From positions 61,167,874 to 61,231,873 of the forward strand of contig JARFYF010000052.1 in the NCBI GenBank assembly GCA_030265395.1: 64,000 bases of DNA. The letters run 5' to 3'. This DNA is from Rhina ancylostomus. Taxonomy: Eukaryota. A program made the position numbers and the translations under genes. Below the pieces are notes generated by a model. The model had not been told where the DNA came from and did not search any database. It worked only from the letters and a program-made list of their open reading frames with translations. Positions 55,201-64,000 of the stretch are shown piece after piece (position 1 is the first letter of the stretch; every line of letters begins with the position of its first letter).

Positions 55201-57440
55201 CTGCACTCTGGGCCCCTAGCTTCAACTCCAGACTAATGAGTGAACCAGATGCTAAAGCATTGGAATTTCCAAACAATCAGATACCATATCATTGGGAGTT
55301 TCATATTACATCCCATGTGATACCATTTTCATTTAATGTTTACTATTTTGTGCAAAATGCTTTGCTGAATTAATGGCATTTTTTTGACTGTTTGTGGAAT
55401 AAACATTCTGAGCATAACTATTCATTGACAACAATTTGTAGTAGTGACCTATCTTGGAGACAAAAACAGTGAATAGGTATTTGCTTTTTTTGGAAGGTGA
55501 AAATAGCAGTTTTGAAGAGGTTTTCAAATTTAGAAATGAGGTAGAAGGATTTTAGAAGGCCAAAGAGTAATGCATGGTTGGAGAGGAGTGGGGTTGAAGG
55601 GTTTTAAGGCTAAAATGTGATTTTTATTTTGGTTTGTGATCTGGGCATTGTTAGTAAGGCCAGTATTTGTTGCCCATGCAACATTTTTGTCAAAGGTGGG
55701 CTAACATATTAGGAGTGGTGAATGGGCAGGTCTTCTTAAGAGTGCTAAGGGATAATTTAAAAGAAATTGTGTGAAAGGTTTTGCTGGAATGAAAACAGAA
55801 TCCTTCCATTTTTGTTGCAAAGTATAACTTTTGGCAAATTAATACAAAACAGTCACCGTGAAATCCAGTAGGCAATTCTGAAGAAACTTGTTTAGCCAAA
55901 GAATGGTGAGAACTTGCTATTATAGTGTGCTTGAAACAAATAGTGAAGATGCATTTAATGAGAGGCTGACCAAGTACATAATGGAGAAGGGAGCAAAGGG
56001 TTATGCTGACAGATTTAGATGAGAAAAGACATAAGGTGATCAGTGGCACATCAACACTAGCATGGTCTGGCTTTGCCAAATGTACTGAGTCTGTGAAATA
56101 CATCTTCCATGAATGTTGTTGGTAGCACCAGAGAGACTGCAGAATGGCAAAAGTAATTACCAAGGTGGATGTAAATAGTCTTAATGAGTGAGATGTTGGT
56201 TTCTATGGCCATGGGCTGCTGAGTTTTTTTTCTTGCTCCGATGGATCTTCAGCAAGGTTTTGGGCGAGGAGTTGGTGTGGGAGAGAGGCCCTTGGCAAGA
56301 AAGAAAACTTTTAGCAGCAGCTTAAAGCCAGGAAGCTAAATTGGTTGAGACTTTGTGGCACTGGCATTGAGGAATCAAAAGATTAAACTTCTCATTGAAG
56401 GCTGATGGGGAAGGTGCTTGGAATGCTGGGGAAGTCAAGTGTTGAACGAGGTTAGGGCTAGAGAAAAACAGTATAAGAAACTGATTTTTATTGGAAGGTC
56501 ATTTAAGACGAAATATTTCCTCATAGAAGGGATGATAAAAGATGCAAAATAAAGGATATTTAAATAAGCTTGAGGTTATTTTTTATAAGCATATTCTATC
56601 AGAAATTGAACAAAACCCCTGCTTCACAAACTAAATGAAGTCCAAACCAAGTATCGTGCATCTTTCAACAATTAAAGTTTTCATTGTTGTAACCTCTCAT
56701 CCAAGACCAAATCTCAGATTTTGAATAGTGTTTGGCTTTTATGTTTGCAGTAAGGTTGAAATTTTAACTCTTAATGACAGATGGCTAGTGGTTAAGTTCT
56801 TAAACCCAACCTCCCACAGGAGTACCCGATTATGGAGTGGCCAGGTATTTGCCTTCAAGTATTCAGACATTATTAAATATGATGGCTGCATACTTGATGT
56901 TTTAGTGGTCATTATATTCAGTAGTTCCTTATATTCCCATTGTTTCAGGGGTTTTGGACTACTTCATGTTAACTCTACTTCCCTTTTTATTATTATAGCT
57001 TGAAGGGGTAATTTTCAGAGAACCTGCTGATGACCGTTGTTACCACTGAAAAATATTGCAGGTGTACTGCATATAGTTTTCAAAAGTGATTAAACAGCAC
57101 ATGAAAAGAAACACTCAATTTTCAGAAGAATTGTTTTTGACAAAGTAAGTTTTGCATTGGTCAGCGAGATGAGTAAAGCTCTTTTTTTTCTCTCCTTTTC
57201 ATAGATCCTGTGAAAATAGAACAGGAAAGCACATAACCAATGTTGTTTTCTCCCCTCTTTATTCAAGTTATTTCAGAATGGTTTAGATAACTAGAGGAAT
57301 GTTTACTGAATAAGCATTGGGATTGATTTCATACATAATTCAATGGTATAAAATTTAGTAATATCTTTATTTTTTGGTTATTTAAATCTTTAATAAAATT
57401 CATTATCTTGTTTTGTAGGGCTTGTCTTGGAAAACATGAG
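22044..57440 (+). CDS. NFXL1: NF-X1-type zinc finger protein NFXL1, spliced, 15 coding exons in the window, 3' end beyond the window
   Basis: In-frame spliced product [14 protein letters not shown]...[15 protein letters not shown]...[33 protein letters not shown]...WPCPKCR (RING/PHD-like), followed by repeated NF-X1 zinc fingers. All junctions are GT-AG with matching phases. Confidence 0.96.
22270..23260 (+). mobile_element. CR1-type LINE 3' part at the start of NFXL1 intron 1, with a nested insertion at about 22617-22740
   Basis: [43 protein letters not shown] and a typical CR1 3' UTR ending ggaccaaagggcttg. Confidence 0.85.
25570..27400 (-). mobile_element. CR1-type LINE, degenerate
   Basis: Reverse-strand KFADDTKIG (ccaatttttgtgtcatctgcaaact) and other RT remnants; boundaries approximate. 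Confidence 0.75.
27633..27803 (+). CDS. NFXL1: NFXL1 coding exon 2
   Basis: atag|AGTTA ... ATAG|gtaaca; [33 protein letters not shown]. Confidence 0.93.
   Translation, partial: SYCHRKNLKKSVRPIKLQFKGLPTKTLPQKKKMEQKILRPSEGKLLHQRLIHIQIT
28890..30470 (-). mobile_element. Rex1/Babar-type LINE, 5'-truncated, with frameshifted RT
   Basis: ORF fragments [54 protein letters not shown] and [10 protein letters not shown]; (ctttga)n-like tail at about 28894. Confidence 0.88.
31896..32008 (+). CDS. NFXL1: NFXL1 coding exon 3
   Basis: atag|GTGAG ... GCT|gtaagt; [33 protein letters not shown]. Confidence 0.94.
32546..33490 (+). mobile_element. CR1-type LINE 3' part
   Basis: [21 protein letters not shown] and KCEVLYFGK; tail tgtgctgtatgattccatggctctatgactct. 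Confidence 0.8.
33791..33921 (+). CDS. NFXL1: NFXL1 coding exon 4
   Basis: ttag|GTTTGG ... CCATG|gtaatc; [43 protein letters not shown]. Confidence 0.95.
34200..34490 (-). mobile_element. HE1-like SINE
   Basis: ggagaacttgcaaactccacacagacagtacc...aggatcaaacctgag, similar to 7040-7365. Confidence 0.65.
34896..35074 (+). CDS. NFXL1: NFXL1 coding exon 5
   Basis: ttag|TCCT ... CCTG|gtaaag; [42 protein letters not shown]...CHP. Confidence 0.95.
35164..35325 (+). CDS. NFXL1: NFXL1 coding exon 6
   Basis: ttag|GTCCC ... GCAG|gttggt; [18 protein letters not shown]...[12 protein letters not shown]. Preceded by an 89-nt intron. Confidence 0.95.
36397..36497 (+). CDS. NFXL1: NFXL1 coding exon 7
   Basis: taaag|GCAGT ... 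GAG|gtaaac; [34 protein letters not shown]. Confidence 0.93.
37192..37306 (+). CDS. NFXL1: NFXL1 coding exon 8
   Basis: ttag|GTATGT ... TCAA|gtatgt; [38 protein letters not shown]. Confidence 0.94.
38805..39030. repeat. Fold-back (inverted) Penelope-associated short repeat
   Basis: tagagcaacaaataatctgctggaggaactca... is mirrored by ...tgagtccctccagcagattttgttgctcta. Confidence 0.75.
39040..39450 (-). mobile_element. CR1-type LINE 3' end
   Basis: [27 protein letters not shown]; tail gaacatagaaca. Confidence 0.8.
39667..39791 (+). CDS. NFXL1: NFXL1 coding exon 9
   Basis: ccag|AATCT ... CAG|gtaaga; [41 protein letters not shown]. Confidence 0.95.
41095..41465 (-). mobile_element. Penelope-like element remnant (end of GIY-YIG ORF plus terminal repeat)
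   Basis: [21 protein letters not shown] resembles the EAQRKLEEQHLIFRLG C-terminus of fish Penelope ORFs (from memory). It is followed by the same short repeat arm found elsewhere in the window. Confidence 0.6.
41817..41939 (+). CDS. NFXL1: NFXL1 coding exon 10
   Basis: ccag|GAAGTG ... AAG|gtaaga; [41 protein letters not shown]. Confidence 0.95.
44009..44099 (+). CDS. NFXL1: NFXL1 coding exon 11
   Basis: ttag|TGCTGT ... AGAG|gtaact; [30 protein letters not shown]. Confidence 0.95.
47682..48807 (-). mobile_element. Gypsy-type LTR retrotransposon remnant: two LTRs (47682 into the gap; 48284-48807), 4-bp TSD ATTG
   Basis: Termini TGTTACG...CGTAACA. ATTG at 47678-47681 and 48808-48811. About 145 nt near-identical between 47682 and 48284. 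Internal minus-strand peptide [14 protein letters not shown] (Gypsy RT motif). AATAAA near the LTR 3' end on the minus strand. Confidence 0.85.
49230..49690 (-). mobile_element. RTE-type LINE fragment
   Basis: [14 protein letters not shown] resembles the RTE ORF C-terminus; degenerate. Confidence 0.5.
49741..49797. mobile_element. 57-bp miniature copy of the LTR at 48284-48807, with TSD CCAT
   Basis: ccat|TGTTACATACCAGCAACAACAGAAACACACCGAGACATGTATAATTAGTCCATAACA|ccat. Confidence 0.8.
51215..51335 (+). CDS. NFXL1: NFXL1 coding exon 12
   Basis: ttag|GTACT ... GCAG|gtaagt; [40 protein letters not shown]. Confidence 0.95.
52618..52777 (+). CDS. NFXL1: NFXL1 coding exon 13
   Basis: tcag|GAAGC ... 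TCT|gtaaga; [29 protein letters not shown]...[12 protein letters not shown]. Confidence 0.94.
54556..54647 (+). CDS. NFXL1: NFXL1 coding exon 14
   Basis: ttag|TGCCAA ... CCCAC|gtaagt; [30 protein letters not shown]. Confidence 0.93.
57419..57440 (+). CDS. NFXL1: NFXL1 coding exon 15 (22-nt microexon)
   Basis: ttttgtag|GGCTTGTCTTGGAAAACATGAG|gtgagt; (T)ACLGKHE matches the expected NFXL1 continuation and phase. Confidence 0.9.
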
Positions 57441-59964
57441 GTGAGTACAAATGGAGTCGTTACAATAAAATGTATACTTAGGTGATCAATTCATCATTGT
57501 TCATTGTGGCTTTCTTGTAAATTGGGCTGAAAATACTTCAGCCTAAACTTTTTTTATCAGATATTAGTACCTGAGATTTTGGCTGAGTTTACTGCACTTT
57601 ATTCTGAAGATACTGGTGGGTTTGGGAGAATGCAAGATTTTCATCCTTCAATATAACTTGCATCACAGTTTGAATATTGTTTTTACTTTAATGGAGCATT
57701 GCTAGGCAGCTTTTAAATATCAGAAGCCTTCAATGTAAAATAGTCTTTTGCTCTGCATAGTTAAAAGTGCAACTTCAAAAGATTTGAGTTAAAATATATG
57801 TATTTTCTCCAAATAATTTTTGTTATCATGAGTGTCACCACTGTACCACTTTTCAGAGTTAAGATTCCATTCCTGTTGATTATATCAGATTTTTACTGTT
57901 GAGAAGTTGGCCTATTATGCCTCTGAGCAACAGAACAGGTTATTGGNNNNNNNNNNNNNNNNNNNNNNNNNNNNNNNNNNNNNNNNNNNNNNNNNNNNNN
58001 NNNNNNNNNNNNNNNNNNNNNNNNNNNNNNNNNNNNNNNNNNNNNNCAACAGAACAGGTTATTGGAATTAACGAGAAGATTGCATCTGTCTGAATCAAAT
58101 GATCAGTTAGTCTTTTTTTTGTTTTAAAATTTTCAACCTGTAATTTGCGATTTTTAAAAAAATTCTTATCTTATGCTGTGGTTCCATTTACTTCTCATTA
58201 CAAAAGTGAACGATGACTTTAGCCAACAAGAAACTTTATTTCAGTCAGTTAAGTCGGCTAACGGGGAATATTGGTCTCAACATTCCAATCTATTATCTAC
58301 AACTCCCTTGACTACTATTTGTTATCTGAAGTTTTCTTCCCATTTTGCTGCTCAAATCTTTGTTTCATCAAGTGTAAGAATTACTAATTGAGATTTCAAA
58401 TAACTTTGTGTACTGATTTTGGCTGCAGTTTAGCTTTTAACATCTATACTGCATTTAAGTAGGTAAAGATTCAATTTATCACATAAATGAAATCAGTATT
58501 TGGATCTAATATATTAACTGTCATTCAAACCAATTTGAATATGCAATTGTGTAAGTAATTTGAGAGTAATGATTGCTGCGAACCTAGTGCTCATCAAAGA
58601 GGCACTAATTGTGGACCAGCAAATGAAAAAGTTTACAGTGTGAAGGTTTTGATGGGAACCAAGTGAAAATTTGGTCTAAGTTTTAATTCATCTAAGACAA
58701 TCAAGCATTTGGTACAATTCAATATTGGTTATTGTTGATGACACAACTTTATTGTGCTGCCACAATCAAAGACTTGGAAGCTGAGCCCATACCAATACAT
58801 ACTTTCACAAGGGCCATTTATTGAACAGGCTGTCTTCCAGGATAACTTTTGAGAGTGCCAGAAATTTGTGTGAAAAGCCAATGCACTTTTTGGTTGGGGT
58901 GAGGGGCAGAATAACTGCTTAAATTTAGATGAGGTGGCTCAGTTCTGAAGGTTTTGTTTCCCTTTTTTTTAAACAAAAAAGGCGTGATCTCCTGGACTAG
59001 CTATAAAAGTAAGGGATAGGTTGATGAAAATTGCAGAGTGGTATAGTAGAAAAACAAGAAACTGCAGATGTTGGAATATGGAGCAATAAGCAATGTGCTG
59101 GAGGAAGTATTTGGGTCAAGCAGCATCTGTGTGGGGAGGGGAATTGTTAACGTTTCAGATTGAAACCCTGCATCAGGTAAGTGGAATAGTCACTTAGCAA
59201 AGACGCATGCTTAGGAGGGTGAGGATTTTTAAGGAGAAGTTAAAGAATAGCAGAGAATTTAAAAAAAATCATTTTTCAAGATTTAGGCAACACTGGCAAG
59301 TCTAGCACTTATTGTCCATCCATAGTTGTGCTTGTGAAGGTGCTGGTAAGCCACCTTGATTAGTTGTAGTCCTTCTATTGAAGGCAAGGTGACCTGTCTT
59401 GTACAACCTGGAAATAGGAGTCATAGCAATTAACCATGAAAACAAAAAAAAAATTGTAGAATGACAGAACATAAATGGCTGATAAACAATTATGAGGGGT
59501 AGAATGGGAAAAATAGTCAGAAATGAACCATTTCACTGCTACATTTGGGTAAAAATCCAGATTCGCTAAAGATTAATTCACATCCTCGGCAATTTTTATG
59601 AAAATTATGAGTAGGGCTATATTTCAAAAGATAAGAAAGTTTGAAAAGGAACAGGTTGCCCAATTCTTAGGCCAGGAATTGCATGCATAGATGTGAAAAA
59701 TGGAGTAAATGAAAAAAATATTTGAGGACATACCTGTGTCCCTGCCAGCTTTTTCCACAGTTGTTTGCTTAACATCTGGTTTGACCCAATTTTTCATAAG
59801 ATTACATTCCAAAAATTGTCAGGAAGAACCTTTGATCAGTGAACCCAGAATTGGGAGAACCTCTGACTAATTTGCAAAACAAAATACTGGAAATTAATAT
59901 ATTCATTATTAAAACGCAGCTTAAGCAACTAATATTTCTTCGCAACTGAGGTCAGTCATATTCA

Positions 59965-61210
59965 GAACATTAGAACAGAGCAGCATTGGAGCAAGCCCCT
60001 TCACCTGTCATGTCTGTACTGACATTGATGCAAATATAATCTAATCCCCTCTGCCTGCACGTGGTCTGAATCTGTCTATTCCCTGTGTGTTCATGTCTGT
60101 TTAAGTGCCCCTTAAAAATTGTTGCTGTACCTGCTTCTACCACCTTGCGTGGCAGGGCATTCCAAGCCACTACCACTCTCTGTTTAAAAGAAAAAAAAAC
60201 CTTTCTTCACAAATCTCCTTTAACCCATGCCCCTAGTGTTTGACGTTTCCACCCTTAGGGGTGGGGTGGTGGGGGGGGGGGGGTGGTGGTCANNNNNNNN
60301 NNNNNNNNNNNNNNNNNNNNNNNNNNNNNNNNNNNNNNNNNNNNNNNNNNNNNNNNNNNNNNNNNNNNNNNNNNNNNNNNNNNNNNNNNNNNCAAAAGGA
60401 CTCCATCTCCCCTTTCTATGGCTCTCCTAATTTTATATACGTTTATCAGGTCACCCCTCAGTCTCCAACATTCCAGAGAAATCATTCTGTTCGTCATCTA
60501 TCACCTAATAGCTAATGCACTCCAATCCAGGCAACATCCTTCTGCACTCTTTCCAAAGCCTCCACATCCTTCTTGTAGCATAATGACCAGAACTGCACAC
60601 AATCCTACAAATGTGGCCTAAACAAAGTTTTATACAGCTATAACATGACTTCCCAACTTTCATACTCAGAGCCCTGACCTTTAAAGGCAAGTATGCCATA
60701 TGCTTTCTTTCCCACTCTGTTCACTTATGTTGCCATTTTTAGGGAACTATAGACTTGCAATGCAAGATCACTCTGTACATCAATGTTCCTAAGGGTTCTG
60801 CCATTTACTGCATACTTTCCTTTTGACCTCTCAAAATGCATCACCTCACACTTGTCCAGAACAAACTCAATCTGCCATTTCTTTGCCCACATTTCCAACT
60901 GATATATATCATGCTAACAAACAACTTTGCCATTCACACCTCCACCAGTTTTCGTCATCTGCAAACTTGCTGATCGGATCACCTACAATTTCAAACAAAT
61001 TATTAACATATACTACAAACGAGGTCCCAGCAGTGATCCTTGTGGAACTCCACTGGTCAGACCTCCAGGTGACCCTTCTGCCACCACCCACTTTCTTTTA
61101 GGATTAATCCAGTTTTGGATGCAATTTACCAACTCATCATGGATCCCATGTGACTTCTGGACTAGCCTACCATGAGGGACCTTGTCAAATACATTACTGA
61201 AGTCCCTCAT
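59965..61210 (-). mobile_element. CR1-type LINE 3' part (spans a gap)
   Basis: DFSNVFDKVPHGRLVQK, SGVPQGSLLGP, ISKFADD, LRGDLINVYKI and WNALPRKVVEAGT; tail cagaacattagaaca. Confidence 0.9.
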
Positions 61211-62559
61211 TCAAAGTATGTATCTTGAAAGCTATATCTATTTTATATTGACTTTGTAAATTTTAAGGTGACACTTTCATAAATGGATTTTTAATCACAG
61301 TTTGCCAATCTCTCAAGTAAAATGTCATGATGGGTATAAAACCAAGGTCATTCTCTAAAATGTTCATAGAAATTGGTCCCTTTTGTTTAGCTTGCATTTA
61401 CAACAGACAGCTTCCATCAGACAGCCAAGAGATAATGTGACATGTCTTGTATAGCCTCTGATATAAAAGGTCAGTTATTCAGTTATAGTAAATGTTCCTT
61501 TGAAGTCTGTCAATGTGGGATCTGTAATCAGCCATTTTTTAAATGTCAGATCTCTCTGTGGCAGACTTTGAAACCTTAGAGATGGTAAGGTACATGCATG
61601 ACCTTATAGTATTGCATGGATATACATCTTTTTTATAATCCTTAAGTAATTGCTGAGAAGTGTTGTCTGCAAAGAAAATTTTGGACTTCGCACATTAAAA
61701 AGACGTGTGCTAATTAATCTCCCGTGTAAAACTTAGTTCATTTCTTAGTTATTGGAGGAGGATGCAGGATGTACAAATAAATGTCTGTATTGGGTTACTG
61801 AATGCTTTGAAAGCACCACTTTTTTCAACAATTATGTTCTCACATTTTTGTGGAAAAGGCTTAGTGAAGCCTGTAGTGCAAATGATATTACCATTACCTG
61901 GCTTATCCTGGGGATTATTGCAGATGATTATTTTTCAATATGGCCTTTGATTTTTTTGGGGGGGAGCATTTTTAGTGTTTTTAATCACAAGGGAATTCAC
62001 TTTTATTTTATAACTTTGTGAATTTGAGTGTCGAATATAAAACATAAAGGTTGTGATTTTTGGCTTTGTTTAATAGACTCATGAAATATTAACCCTTGAA
62101 TAACCTGCAGGTTTTGGAAATTACTTTTTCTCTGTACTGGCCAGATTTGTTTTAGTTCATGCAATATGACACATGCATAGCATTAATTTATTATGTAATT
62201 ACAGGAATGAAACACTCGTGTCATATTGATTTCAAAATGCTAATTAAATGCTTCAAACATAATCTTTCTAATAGTAACATTTAAACACTCCTTTTTTGGC
62301 CCTTTTCCATTTTTTTAAAGAAAATGTTAATTTCTATTTGGCATAGTTTAATTTCTATTCTTTTGTAGATAGAATGATAGCTCGTGAAAACTTTTACCTC
62401 TATCCAAACAAGGGGTAAGCACAATTCTACAAGTCTCCCAGATGGGCACTTTAAAAGCTGTGGACCAAGACTGGGAAGTGGGAGTAAGCTAATAAACTCC
62501 ATTTTTCAAATCCTTTCATGGCAGTTGAATAATTAGATAAATAAGAATGAAAATCCACC

Positions 62560-63300
62560 ATTGGTAATGGGTATCGTCAAATTATGCATCAGTTTTAAAA
62601 ACTTGTGTAGTTCAATAATATCCTTTGGGGAACGAAACCAGGTCTGGGCAATTTGAGATTCCAGGCCCACAACTATATGTCACTGCTTTATAGGCTGATA
62701 GCTCAGTAAGGACAATTTAATGGTCATTTCCATGAATGCTGTCATTGATGCATCTGCATCAGACCAACTGGTAAGGATGAGTAAGTTTATTCCCCTTAAT
62801 TTTCTTCCATCTGCCACTGGCACACAAGCTGATAAATCCTTTAGGATTTGGCCATCTTGTTCAATGATGGTGCTACCAAACCACTCTCGGTAATATATAT
62901 TGAGGTCCCCCAGCCAGAGAATGAGCACAGATTCTGTGCTCGTTCTACTATCTGTATCTTCTAGGGAGACTACTGATTCATTAGCTGAGGGACATCAGTA
63001 GATGGTAATTACCTGAAATGCTGTAATCTTAAAATGGTTACAGCACTTGATTCCTTCAGACTTCACAGATTCTGGAGTTGATCTTCACTTGCTCCTGTTC
63101 GTACACTACAGTGAACATTGTCTTATCCTACTCGTGAGATGGGATGTAAACAAGGATCCTGATAGAGGAGTCATGGGACTTTGGCAGAATGTTATGTCTT
63201 TCAGAGTATGACTGTGCCAGACTGTTGCTTTACCAGTCTGGAGAATAGCTTTCCCAATTTAGGCAAGTGTTCAGATGTTTAAGGAAGGCTTTGCAAGATT
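62560..63300 (-). mobile_element. Old LINE apurinic-endonuclease fragment
   Basis: ILWLGDLNIYYREWFGST..QDGQILKD resembles the GDFN.HH.EW motif of LINE endonucleases; boundaries approximate. Confidence 0.55.
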
Positions 63301-64000
63301 GGGTGTACCTGTATCTAATGCTGAAGTCATTAACAGTTGTCTATTCACATTTATTATGTTTTAATATAACAATTTGATGCAATCTAGTGGCCTGCAAGGC
63401 CATTCAGAGAGCCTTTAAGTTTGCCACATTGCCTTGTGTGCGCGGCTGCATATAGGTCAGACAGGGTAAGGATAGCAGATTTCATTTCCTGAAATGCATA
63501 AGTGAACCAAACGGGTTTTCTGACAGCCATGCTCTCCACAATTTATTAGTTTTCTTTTTATTCTAGAATAAAATTCAAATTCCCCAGCTGTCAAGGTCGG
63601 ACTTAAATTTGTTGAACTGGATTTCTGTCAAAACCCCTGGATTTCTAATGATTCATATAACCACAATGTCCAGTTTCATACTAAATTTAGATGTACAGTG
63701 CCCACAAACTTGAGTTGTAATATTTTTTTAAAATTTGAATTTTCTTAGTAACATCTCTATAGCAAGAGGTCAGTAAAGGTATTGTGTAATTTATAAGTGT
63801 GTAGTTTTGACAGTTAACTTAAAGGTGCCTTTAAAAAAAATATTGTTCTGAAGTGAAAAATTACTCTTTTACTTCCAATGAATTTCATGGAGAGGTTCTA
63901 ACTGATGGATGATATATGCAGCATGTTTGACCTATCCAAACAGATATAGAATTGCAAGATAGTAGAAGAGGCAATATGCCTCCTAACTCAATGTAATTAA

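Noticed and set aside
57927-58065. Direct repeat caacagaacaggttattgg on both sides of a gap
   Set aside because: This is the typical contig-overlap artefact at a scaffold gap, not a supportable TSD.
57441-64000. Next NFXL1 exon (expected VSPLPCH...)
   Set aside because: Not found by eye; presumed beyond the right edge or within a gap.

Overview
Vertebrate genomic DNA, AT-rich and repeat-dense. It is most likely a cartilaginous fish, inferred from HE1-like and SacSINE/DeuSINE-like SINEs plus CR1, Rex1/Babar and Penelope remnants. Two divergently transcribed multi-exon genes fill the window. The minus strand (about 865-15850) carries a UBE3A/E6AP-family HECT E3 ligase: AZUL exon, large central exon and five HECT exons, with the last exons and catalytic Cys off the left edge. 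The plus strand (22044 to at least 57440) carries NFXL1, with 15 phase-consistent GT-AG exons and its 3' end off the right edge. The main finding is that the UBE3A-like gene sits next to NFXL1, in the CNGA1/NFXL1/ATP10D/GABRB1 paralogon rather than the canonical CNGA3/UBE3A/ATP10A/GABRB3 one. It has also lost the E6-binding LQELL motif and the acidic HERC2-binding stretch. I infer it is a second, whole-genome-duplication-derived UBE3A ohnolog, apparently lost in mammals. Other notable items are a Gypsy-type LTR element with a 4-bp TSD, a 57-bp miniature copy of its LTR with its own TSD, and Penelope-derived fold-back repeats with hammerhead-like cores. Comparisons to human proteins, exon sizes and synteny are from memory and need database confirmation.
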